DNA from: Negaprion brevirostris | Taxonomy: Eukaryota | DNA length: 63,896 nucleotides | Direction of reading: 5' to 3' | NCBI GenBank assembly: GCA_030324005.1 | Contig: JARDVH010000031.1 | Coordinates: 38,473,784-38,537,679, forward strand | Part shown: one piece after another, positions 60,501 through 63,896 of the stretch | Layout: every line of letters begins with the position of its first letter | How positions within the stretch are numbered: the first letter of the stretch is position 1 | Program-made: the position numbers and the translations under genes | Notes under the pieces: model-generated | The model's input: only the letters and a program-made list of their open reading frames with translations | Told to the model about the DNA's origin: nothing | The model's database searches: none

Positions 60501-61955
60501 CCCAGTCTGTGGATGTTAATATTCTAGGTGAGAAAGCAAAGCAATTGCAACAAAGAACTTGAGAAAATATTATGAAGCTTGTATAATAAATTCCCCAAAA
60601 TGTACTACTTTGTTTAAATATTGATTTACTTGGCACTTTTCTTAACTTTAGATAAACCTACACCACCAAGAAACCTTAAAGTTTCGGATATCAAAGCAGA
60701 ATCCTGCCATCTGACCTGGGATGCCCCTGAGGACAATGGTGGTAGTGAAATAACTAACTACATTGTTGACAAGCGTGATGCAAGCAAGAAGAAATCTGAA
60801 TGGGAGGAGATCACAAACTATATTATTGAAAGACGATATGGGGTAATGTTTCTTTTTCATATTACTGCATTAAACCAACATTTTAATAAGCTTCTTAATT
60901 GAATTTGGTGAATTTTATATGTGTAACCAAAGTTTTCTTCTATTTAGGTATGGAAACTGACTACAGATGGAGAATATCAGTTCAGAGTTAGGGCAGAGAA
61001 CAAATATGGAATTAGTGATGGTTGTATGTCTGATAAAGTGACAATAAAAGATCCATTTGGCCTCCCAGGACCACCAAGTAAACCAAAAGTGTCTGATGTT
61101 ACAAGAACCTCGATGCTTGTATCTTGGGATCCTCCAATGGACAATGGTGGTTCTCCAATCACAGGTTACTACATTGAGAAGAGAGAGATCGGTGGCGTGT
61201 ATTGGTCACGCGTCAACAGAGCTCCTCTGACAAAACCAGCTGTAAAAGGCCTAAACTTCAATGTCCTTCGTTTGATTGAAGATGTTGAGTATCAGTTTAG
61301 AGTCATGGCAATAAATGCTGCTGGAATTGGACCTCCAAGTGAACCTTCTGATCCTGTTTTGGCAAGTGATCCTAAAAGTAAGTTTCACTCTGAGATATGT
61401 GTGTCTGTGTGTCTCAGTTAAAGAAATAGCTGTTGACCAAAACTTTGGTTGAAACAAAACTATCCTAAAATAATCCATATACAGTAATAAATATTTTAAT
61501 AAATTTAAACAAGATGAATCTGTAACATGGTAAGATATATTTGACATTTTGTTACACTGCTTAAAGCAAGCAAGTAGCTCAAAGGCATATTCAAACATAC
61601 TAAAGAAAATAGATCAACCCAAGTATGATTTTGTTTTTCTTTGAAGATCCACCAAGTGCTCCATCCTGTCCTGAAGTCACTGACAAAACCAAGGATACCA
61701 TATCGCTTAAATGGAATAGCCCAGCTAAAGATGGTCATAGCCCAATTCAAGGTTACGTTGTTGAGATGCAGGAGGAGGGTTCACCTGATTGGACAAGAGC
61801 ATCAGATCCTGATAAATTAGTTCCCAATTGTGAATATGTGGTACCCAATCTAAAGGCTCTGAAGAAGTACAGGTTCCGTATTAAAGCTGTTAATGCTGCT
61901 GGGGAATCTGAACCAAGCTTACCAACTTCAGAAATAATTATGAAGGAAATTCTAG
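514..61955 (+). CDS. TTN: Titin, internal multi-exon portion (distal PEVK, distal tandem Ig I84-I105, I/A junction, D-zone A1-A14); partial at both ends
   Basis: About 70 in-frame GT/GC-AG exons; translations match titin motifs (QLKAVPLKFVKE..., I27-like Ig, PGPP...W.PP.DGGS.I..Y Fn3) in the human domain order. Confidence 0.99.
1090..1285 (-). mobile_element. tRNA-derived SINE remnant
   Basis: Reverse strand ggaggtcttgtg...gggttcaagtccca (B-box-like). Confidence 0.5.
2060..2640 (-). mobile_element. Degenerate non-LTR retrotransposon (CR1/L2-type, endonuclease region) fragment
   Basis: Homologous to 4050-4590 and 7700-8215 (gacagctgtcccaactttggcac...). Confidence 0.65.
2800..2871 (+). CDS. 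TTN: Titin PEVK exon, 72 nt (VPEVPKKPVPEPLKPKKEAVTPGK)
   Basis: cttaaag|TA...AAAG|gtattt; paralog of 514-585. Confidence 0.93.
3040..4590 (-). mobile_element. Degenerate non-LTR retrotransposon fragment
   Basis: Colinear with 5000-6074 plus 7654-8215; decayed endonuclease-like frame on the minus strand. Confidence 0.7.
4758..4820 (+). CDS. TTN: Titin PEVK exon, 63 nt (VPEVPKKPVPEPLKPKKEAEE)
   Basis: tttaaag|TG...GAAG|gtattt. Confidence 0.92.
5363..5474 (+). mobile_element. 5'-truncated CR1-type 3' tail insertion
   Basis: gggccgaagggcctgtttcc...(ttgttct)n tail; flanked by a gtaga direct repeat. Confidence 0.55.
6076..7653. mobile_element. TIR-bounded non-autonomous DNA transposon (possibly Harbinger-derived)
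   Basis: ggtggaattctccca (6076-6090) and tgggaggattccacc (7639-7653), 14/15 inverted match; higher GC; splits the LINE. Confidence 0.65.
8379..8447 (+). CDS. TTN: Titin PEVK exon, 69 nt (VPQVPKKPTPEPLKPKKEGVPEK)
   Basis: attaaag|TG...AAAG|gtacat. Confidence 0.92.
8847..8930 (+). CDS. TTN: Titin PEVK PPAK-type exon, 84 nt (VPEIPKKPVAEAEPATVPEKVEIPAPEE)
   Basis: taaaag|TG...GAAG|gtaaaa; 28 codons. Confidence 0.92.
10061..10144 (+). CDS. TTN: Titin PEVK exon, 84 nt (VLQVDKREKRVPITVSRKVLPTSEKDSK)
   Basis: tttgaag|TG...AAAG|gtacaa; open 28-codon phase 1-1 unit. Confidence 0.82.
10340..10990 (-). mobile_element. CR1 LINE 3' fragment
   Basis: agagtcatagag tail, ggccatt..., tacaccacaatcagatcttccctc (reverse of the RLRGDLI-type ORF2 end). 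Confidence 0.65.
11762..11930 (+). mobile_element. V-SINE 3' fragment
   Basis: ggttaggttgattggccatgctaaattgaccc...gaatggcctccttctg...(gattctat)n tail. Confidence 0.7.
12043..12126 (+). CDS. TTN: Titin PEVK exon, 84 nt (VPEVMKSHIREEITEVRIEAREKISSPK)
   Basis: attaaag|TC...AAAG|gtatat. Confidence 0.87.
13234..14660. mobile_element. Degenerate DNA-transposon-like insertion
   Basis: Starts gggctgaattttc like the other TIR ends in the window; purine-skewed interior; boundaries uncertain. Confidence 0.35.
15400..15900 (+). mobile_element. CR1 LINE ORF2 3' end fragment
   Basis: Decayed LFSLE.R..SDDLME.FIIMK...RMWNLP motif followed by gaatggcttgttt. Confidence 0.75.
16017..16100 (+). CDS. TTN: Titin PEVK exon, 84 nt (VPEIAKKLVPEKVTPITLTESKEIASVK)
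   Basis: tttaaag|TG...AAAG|gtacag. Confidence 0.9.
16432..16893 (+). CDS. TTN: Titin E-rich PEVK exon, 462 nt, with ~12-aa internal repeats
   Basis: ctgaag|CT TTC AAG...GAG AAA G|gtatag; open frame, overlaps ORF 16512-16967. Confidence 0.85.
17609..17692 (+). CDS. TTN: Titin PEVK exon, 84 nt (VAPITEKIEPKGDVLVTAPVKQDLEPVE)
   Basis: tttgaag|TG...GAAG|gtatac. Confidence 0.88.
18403..18477 (+). CDS. TTN: Titin PEVK exon, 75 nt (VPETEEVPATTLPISAPGPVKKPLK)
   Basis: tttaaag|TG...AAAG|gtacaa. Confidence 0.88.
18903..21437 (+). CDS. TTN: Titin giant K/E/P/I-rich PEVK exon, 2,535 nt (845 codons)
   Basis: Stop-free frame (ORF 18926-21469); acceptor tttatag|CT, donor CGAG|gtgaga; phase 1-1. Confidence 0.9.
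20053..21240 (+). repeat. Coding tandem repeat, ~159 nt / 53 aa unit, about 7 copies
   Basis: KIGKGKVPVSEEEKD...KKIPSKE...EEKPQKIPVKKVLTPRDIPD.AHL recurs; KxGKG anchors at ~20384, 20543, 20699, 20858, 21017, 21167. Confidence 0.95.
22088..22138 (+). CDS. TTN: Titin 51-nt exon (DAKTPADEAGRGRGFLR)
   Basis: ctacag|AT...AGAG|gtgaga; phase 1-1; GC-rich island in an AT-rich intron. Confidence 0.75.
22181..23087 (+). promoter_or_regulatory. Cluster of RBFOX-type (U)GCAUG intronic splicing motifs
   Basis: TGCATG at 22181, 22407, 22490, 22710; GCATG at 22567, 22636, 22896, 23083. Confidence 0.6.
23143..23259 (+). CDS. TTN: Titin last PEVK exon (AKKTPSPGEGDKKPLKPGGGRPPSEEPPFAGFQLKAVPL)
   Basis: ttttag|CG; resembles human KKTPSP...QLKAVPL; 3' end abuts a 10-N gap. 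Confidence 0.93.
   Translation, partial: RKRHHRLERETRSHLNRVEEGHPQRNHLLQDSSSKQSH
23270..23548 (+). CDS. TTN: Titin Ig I84
   Basis: KFVKELKDIVLEEAESIGSSAVFEC...TSTAKLIVE; donor GAAG|gtact. Confidence 0.96.
23847..24116 (+). CDS. TTN: Titin Ig I85
   Basis: ELPVAFFKTLDEEVTVFKGQPLYLTCEL...; AG/GT bounded. Confidence 0.96.
24204..24479 (+). CDS. TTN: Titin Ig I86
   Basis: EIVRKWFVKPVRDQ...AKDTPNIKWFKG. Confidence 0.96.
25050..25292 (-). mobile_element. V-SINE-family SINE inside a Penelope-like remnant
   Basis: Reverse ggtggcatggtggcacactggttaacactgctgcc...gtgtctgcgtgggtttcctcc (V domain). Confidence 0.85.
25748..25884 (+). CDS. TTN: Titin Ig I87, 5' part
   Basis: EREIDILSEL...WKLKGEILRPSP|gtaagc. 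Confidence 0.94.
25995..26121 (+). CDS. TTN: Titin Ig I87, 3' part
   Basis: TCEMKADGAKRFLILHDVKLDQAGEV...LRVK. Confidence 0.94.
26236..26502 (+). CDS. TTN: Titin Ig I88
   Basis: EIELDFEAPLKDVTVPEKHQARFECVL; 267 nt. Confidence 0.96.
26755..27033 (-). mobile_element. V-SINE (HE1-like)
   Basis: Reverse ggcagcactgtggtgcagtggttagcactactgcctcacagc...gtgcaggttaggtggattagccatgctaaat. Confidence 0.88.
27285..27551 (+). CDS. TTN: Titin Ig I89
   Basis: GMRLKIITPLKDQTVKEG; 267 nt. Confidence 0.96.
27620..31720. mobile_element. Decayed PIF/Harbinger transposon (HARBI-like transposase on +, Myb/SANT-like remnant on -)
   Basis: Fragments LNFYANGCFQG, HMAIRAP...FITRSG..HSL...RFPE..QD, TIGLLK...ALQ...LHNL at 28620-29260; RKRVNYL on minus near 31320; stops and frameshifts; ends approximate. 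Confidence 0.7.
31905..32168 (+). CDS. TTN: Titin Ig I90
   Basis: EADPYFTVKLQDYTAIEKDE...CDCGTDKTKA. Confidence 0.96.
32272..32411 (+). CDS. TTN: Titin Ig I91 (I27), 5' part
   Basis: ARIIKIVHPLHGVEIFEGETAHFEVEISETDVHPQWKLKGESLFMSP|gtaagt. Confidence 0.96.
32654..32780 (+). CDS. TTN: Titin Ig I91 (I27), 3' part
   Basis: QCEIIEDGKKHLLTLYNCKLSDSGEVFFQAANAKCAANLKVK. Confidence 0.96.
32998..33264 (+). CDS. TTN: Titin Ig I92 (GC donor)
   Basis: EIPLTFIVPLNDVKVYEKDEAKFECEVSR; 267 nt; donor CAAG|gcaagt. Confidence 0.95.
33358..33624 (+). CDS. TTN: Titin Ig I93
   Basis: GIRLEFTKPLEDQTVKE; 267 nt. Confidence 0.96.
33736..34002 (+). CDS. TTN: Titin Ig I94
   Basis: EGDPYFINKLQDYTAVEKD; 267 nt. Confidence 0.96.
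34168..34307 (+). CDS. TTN: Titin Ig I95, 5' part
   Basis: ERDIKILRPLYSVEVTETETARFETEISE...HPSP|gtaagt. Confidence 0.95.
34417..34543 (+). CDS. TTN: Titin Ig I95, 3' part
   Basis: DVEIKKEGTKHFLTLYNV...AHLRVK; donor AAAG|gtaaac. Confidence 0.95.
34544..35161 (+). promoter_or_regulatory. Candidate internal (Cronos-type) titin promoter and alternative start region
   Basis: No recognisable TE in the intron; TGATAA 34743, CAGCTG 34825 and 34872, NFI-like TTGGGCAATTGCCAA 34852; in-frame ATG at 35131 running into the I96 exon. Confidence 0.65.
35131..35304 (+). CDS. TTN: Putative first coding segment of a Cronos-like titin isoform (MGTPISFAFK-ARVVGLLRPLKDV...)
   Basis: ATG GGC ACA CCC ATC TCT TTT GCA TTT AAA GCT CGG is continuous with the I96 frame; +4 G. 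Confidence 0.6.
35162..35304 (+). CDS. TTN: Titin Ig I96, 5' part
   Basis: tttaaag|CT CGG GTG (ARVVGLLRPLKDVTVTAG); donor AAG|gtatga. Confidence 0.96.
35804..35927 (+). CDS. TTN: Titin Ig I96, 3' part
   Basis: VVTRAEGRVHTFTLRDVQLEEAG; two parts sum to 267 nt. Confidence 0.95.
36021..36287 (+). CDS. TTN: Titin Ig I97
   Basis: EPPVEFTKPLEDQTVEE; 267 nt. Confidence 0.96.
36394..36491 (+). CDS. TTN: Titin Ig I98, 5' part
   Basis: PPHVEFIKPLTDLEVKEKE...RENAK. Confidence 0.94.
36542..36937. other. Assembly gap (others at 23260-23269, 30494-30503, 35662-35671, 48713-48722, 61999-62147, 62727-62847)
   Basis: N runs. Confidence 1.
37590..38580 (+). mobile_element. Same LINE family as 2-8 kb, plus orientation, interrupted by other repeats
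   Basis: gaatcataccttacag...aatattgactcc...gattaccacc...ccctcagctga is the reverse complement of motifs in the 5' copies. Confidence 0.6.
38015..38287 (-). mobile_element. V-SINE
   Basis: aatttagcatggccaatc...ggaaacccacgcagacacaggg...gtgccaccatgccaccc. Confidence 0.88.
39051..39170. mobile_element. ~120-bp MITE
   Basis: gaggcggaattttcc...ggaaaatcccaccc inverted ends. Confidence 0.6.
39435..39603 (+). CDS. TTN: Titin Ig I98, 3' part
   Basis: VHWFKDGVEVRKGKKYDIV...SGLLTVL; two parts sum to 267 nt. Confidence 0.95.
39705..39971 (+). CDS. TTN: Titin Ig I99
   Basis: EEDAVFTKNL; 267 nt. Confidence 0.96.
40065..40331 (+). CDS. TTN: Titin Ig I100
   Basis: ELAAEFISRPQNLEV; 267 nt. Confidence 0.96.
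40861..41090 (+). mobile_element. Possible old tRNA-derived SINE
   Basis: ggggctgattagcccagttggctag A-box-like head; remainder not assignable. Confidence 0.35.
41782..42060 (+). CDS. TTN: Titin Ig I101
   Basis: ERLRIITPIKDQ...FNCEVNTEGA. Confidence 0.96.
42154..42562 (+). CDS. TTN: Titin Ig I102 plus 5' part of I103
   Basis: EEELKIIEPLEDCETMEKKSVTF...EAPADFVEH. Confidence 0.96.
42664..42788 (+). CDS. TTN: Titin Ig I103, 3' part (GC donor)
   Basis: YQFEKDGSLRRLII...RARLFVE; donor GAAG|gcaagt. Confidence 0.94.
42873..43139 (+). CDS. TTN: Titin Ig I104
   Basis: EIPVEIIRPP...QGDKHQMMSEGKIHRLQ; 267 nt. Confidence 0.97.
43246..43533 (+). CDS. TTN: Titin Ig I105
   Basis: AVPVIK...PYDAYP...QNKHGK. 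Confidence 0.96.
43647..43946 (+). CDS. TTN: Titin Fn3 I106
   Basis: DVPGPIKNL...DGGSKILGYVVERRD. Confidence 0.96.
44051..44353 (+). CDS. TTN: Titin Fn3 I107
   Basis: VPDAPLNV...WEPPEYDGGSEITNY. Confidence 0.95.
44447..44634 (+). CDS. TTN: Titin Fn3 I108, 5' part
   Basis: KPSPPIEF...WEPPLKDGGSPIQGY. Confidence 0.94.
45098..45382 (-). mobile_element. V-SINE-family SINE (same subfamily as 25050)
   Basis: ctgcaatgaagttactgtgaaaattcccc...gggaatcgaacctgggtccctggcgccgtgaggcagtagtgctaaccac. Confidence 0.88.
45970..46084 (+). CDS. TTN: Titin Fn3 I108, 3' part
   Basis: VTGLKPGVKYYYRVSAENAAG. Confidence 0.94.
46198..46482 (+). CDS. TTN: Titin Ig I109
   Basis: VAPTLDLSAFKDGLEVIVP. Confidence 0.96.
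46550..47320 (-). mobile_element. Probable L2-type LINE 3' remnant
   Basis: ttgtatttatgtatcaccttt tail-like motif followed by purine-rich decayed sequence. Confidence 0.4.
47379..47530 (+). CDS. TTN: Titin Fn3 I110, 5' part
   Basis: RPSAPKDLKVSEI...RKTWTK|gtaagt. Confidence 0.94.
49156..49303 (+). CDS. TTN: Titin Fn3 I110, 3' part
   Basis: VIEGVQDLEFTVPDL...NKCGPGEPAYIDEPVN. Confidence 0.94.
50986..51163 (+). CDS. TTN: Titin Fn3 I111, 5' part
   Basis: VPDPPENVRWRN...WEPPKYDGGSRIKGY. Confidence 0.94.
51248..51369 (+). CDS. TTN: Titin Fn3 I111, 3' part
   Basis: MEVTGLNEGEWYSYRVKALN. Confidence 0.93.
51827..52114 (+). CDS. TTN: Titin Ig I112
   Basis: EAPEIHLDVKLLAGITVKAGTKIELPA. Confidence 0.96.
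52211..52507 (+). CDS. TTN: Titin Fn3 I113
   Basis: DKPGPPAAFDITDITNE. Confidence 0.96.
52618..52804 (+). CDS. TTN: Titin Fn3 I114, 5' part
   Basis: DPPGPPTRL...WYEPDDDGGSPITGY. Confidence 0.95.
53976..54091 (+). CDS. TTN: Titin Fn3 I114, 3' part
   Basis: VKGLTPKKKYKFRVLAENLAG. Confidence 0.95.
54279..54578 (+). CDS. TTN: Titin Fn3 I115
   Basis: DPPWPPGKPNVKDV. Confidence 0.96.
54691..54990 (+). CDS. TTN: Titin Fn3 I116
   Basis: PPSPPRWLQVVNITK. Confidence 0.96.
55084..55189 (+). CDS. TTN: Titin Fn3 I117, 5' part
   Basis: TTPGPPYALTVVDVTKRHV. Confidence 0.93.
55284..55480 (+). CDS. TTN: Titin Fn3 I117, 3' part
   Basis: YVIEKKEKLGTRWVKAG. Confidence 0.95.
55575..55880 (+). CDS. TTN: Titin Fn3 I118
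   Basis: PPSPPLELHVTDASREH. Confidence 0.96.
55991..56269 (+). CDS. TTN: Titin Ig A1 (start of D-zone super-repeat 1)
   Basis: NPSIELQTQDITVVEGEKL...PFRAVPTP. Confidence 0.95.
56371..56670 (+). CDS. TTN: Titin Fn3 A2
   Basis: GLPGQCKDIKASDVTKSSC. Confidence 0.96.
56779..57081 (+). CDS. TTN: Titin Fn3 A3
   Basis: RPDPPIDLEV...WKPPLYDGG. Confidence 0.96.
57254..57631 (+). CDS. TTN: Titin Ig A4 (with charged loop insertion)
   Basis: DPPKVFL...ISGSPYPTVTW...VENDHG; 378 nt. Confidence 0.96.
57757..58059 (+). CDS. TTN: Titin Fn3 A5
   Basis: DTPGPPVNFIFEEVRKDSV. Confidence 0.96.
58267..58566 (+). CDS. TTN: Titin Fn3 A6
   Basis: EPPEAPDKP...WKEPKDNGSPIIGYW. Confidence 0.96.
58663..58959 (+). 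CDS. TTN: Titin Fn3 A7
   Basis: PPGPPIPSILDTS. Confidence 0.95.
59048..59332 (+). CDS. TTN: Titin Ig A8
   Basis: EPPVVEFDESVR...LPATVTGRP. Confidence 0.96.
59429..59722 (+). CDS. TTN: Titin Fn3 A9
   Basis: DVPGPILDLKPVVVTRK. Confidence 0.96.
59808..60107 (+). CDS. TTN: Titin Fn3 A10
   Basis: PPTSPEKFTYTDRTKST. Confidence 0.96.
60219..60527 (+). CDS. TTN: Titin Ig A11
   Basis: PPIVRLQL...VKAGEPIDIPAEVEGLPLPKIEWSK. Confidence 0.96.
60652..60842 (+). CDS. TTN: Titin Fn3 A12, 5' part
   Basis: DKPTPPRNLKVSDIKAESC. Confidence 0.95.
60948..61377 (+). CDS. TTN: Titin Fn3 A12 3' part plus Fn3 A13
   Basis: VWKLTTDGEYQFRVRAENKYG...DPFGLPGPP. Confidence 0.95.
61647..61955 (+). CDS. TTN: Titin Fn3 A14
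   Basis: PPSAPSCPEVTDKTKD; donor CTAG|gtatgt. Confidence 0.95.
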
Positions 61956-62445
61956 GTATGTACCTCTACATTTAGAATTTCAGAATACATTTTGTAAGNN
62001 NNNNNNNNNNNNNNNNNNNNNNNNNNNNNNNNNNNNNNNNNNNNNNNNNNNNNNNNNNNNNNNNNNNNNNNNNNNNNNNNNNNNNNNNNNNNNNNNNNNN
62101 NNNNNNNNNNNNNNNNNNNNNNNNNNNNNNNNNNNNNNNNNNNNNNNATTACTTGGGAGTTTGAAGGACTAGCTAAGACAGTGATGAAGGTATGAAGTAT
62201 CCTAATTATATTTAGATATGTATGTCTGTTCCAGGAAGAATTTTTTTCAAAAATTTACTTATTGGATGTGGGCATCGCTGGCTGGGCCAGCAGCTATTAC
62301 TCATCCCTAATTGCCCTCTAAGCTATCCAAATTTAAAATGCCTTGGACATGTGGGGCTGATGATGATCATACTTGGTGAATGTGCTCTGGAAGGTTACAA
62401 TAGAGAATTGCATTTCAAAGCTCTGGTATGACTAAGTAATAATTG

Positions 62446-62726
62446 GCTGGCATGGTGGCACAGTGGTTAGCACTGCTGCCTCACAGCACCAAGGAGCCGG
62501 GTTCAATTCCAGCCTTGGGTGACTGTGTGGAGTTTGCATGTTTTCCCCAAATATGGGTTTCTTCTGGGTGCTCCAGTTTCCTCCCACAGTCCAAAAATGT
62601 GCAGGTTAGGTTAACTGGTCATGCTCAATTGCCCCTTGGTGTCAGGGGGATTAGCTGGGTAAATACATGGGGTTATGGCCTGGGTGGACTTGTTGGTGCA
62701 GGATTGATATGGGCCAAAAGGCCTCT
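62446..62726 (+). mobile_element. V-SINE
   Basis: ggcatggtggcacagtggttagcactgctgcctcacagc...ggttcaattcc...gtgcaggttagg; truncated by a gap. Confidence 0.9.
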
Positions 62727-63896
62727 NNNNNNNNNNNNNNNNNNNNNNNNNNNNNNNNNNNNNNNNNNNNNNNNNNNNNNNNNNNNNNNNNNNNNNNNNN
62801 NNNNNNNNNNNNNNNNNNNNNNNNNNNNNNNNNNNNNNNNNNNNNNNTTTGATTTTTGCTCCATCTGGCTTGCACTTATAAGACTGCTATGAGTGGCATG
62901 AGAGCTTCTCGACCTACTGATGCTTCCCGTGGAAGTGTTTTGTTCACAAACTCTGTACCAAAACATGAAGAATTGTGCCAATTCATACAAAACCTTGAGT
63001 GACCAGTAAAGAATATCCTTAGGGTAGATTTCATCAGTACCACCAAGTTGTGAACCATCCCAGGTGCAGGAAGGCAAATATGTGTAATACAGTTTACCTT
63101 AATTTTTCTTCCAACTAAATTAAAGGAGAAAAATTAGACAGACTCCATCTATTAGGTGTTCAATCCCCCCAGCTCAGTTCTTCTCCCTGAAAGAACATCC
63201 TAATCTCCACATGTACCCCAAAGTTCATTGAGCAACATTTACCCATCTCAGTTATACAGTTGCAGACTGACCGGATCTAAGTAGATGCCTTTCTAATGGC
63301 TGTTTTTGTCACTAATTACCACTAATATAGTATCAGATATTGGTTCACAGAAATGCAACAATACATTATGTTACATATATCAAATATTAGAATATGATAC
63401 TATCTTGCATACAACACTGCTCCCCATATTTTTGGTTCTGCTCACACTGTAAACTACTGCAAGAGCTATTCTAATTACTCCATTTACTAATTTTGGAAGT
63501 CAAGTGGAAAGTTAACTAAAGGTTTTCAATGTAACAATTGAACATGTCAAATTTAAAGTTAATTGAAATGTACAAATTAGCGTACATAATTCAAATGAAA
63601 ATTCCTAATTTTGAAAGATTTCAGGTATCAGAGATGATTAAGTGCATTCACAATTGGCAGAAATTGAGGGATATTACTCCAGTTATTTAAGGTGATACCA
63701 GATGAAATGATTTCTATGATTGTTTGCCCTATTGTACAGAGAATTATCTCCAACAAAGGACTCTGAAATGCAGGTGTGCCTGATAGTTCACTTCTTCTTT
63801 TGGTGTTCATGTGCAATCATGTACGAAACAAAAGGGAAAATGTCAACAATTATATTGCATTAGGTTTAGGTGATGTGCCCGCTGTGAATATCTGGA

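Noticed and set aside
23211-61750. Many minus-strand ORFs over titin exons
   Set aside because: Antisense shadows of coding exons with no recognisable protein
62446-62520. tRNA-like sequence
   Set aside because: SINE head continuing into the V domain; not a tRNA gene
62848-63080. Minus-strand ORFs next to a gap
   Set aside because: No recognisable homology or clear splice sites

Overview
Vertebrate genomic DNA, most likely from a cartilaginous fish judging by the V-SINE, CR1, Penelope-like and Harbinger-like repeats. The whole window is an internal part of the titin gene (TTN) on the + strand, with no full-length start or stop inside it. In order it holds: the distal PEVK region (ten small symmetric phase-1 exons of 63-84 nt, a 462-nt E-rich exon, a 2,535-nt repeat-containing exon and a 51-nt exon); the distal tandem Ig segment (orthologs of human I84-I105, including I91/I27); the I/A junction (Fn3x3-Ig-Fn3x2-Ig-Fn3x6); and the first two 7-domain D-zone super-repeats of the A-band. 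Exon boundaries were read by hand from splice signals and frame. Domain numbers come from recalled similarity to human titin. The most notable signals are a candidate Cronos-type internal start (in-frame intronic ATG plus muscle-type motifs before the I96 exon), the giant PEVK exon with 53-aa repeats, PEVK exons duplicated together with a LINE fragment, and an RBFOX-motif cluster after a 51-nt exon. There are seven N gaps, one of them at a coding junction.
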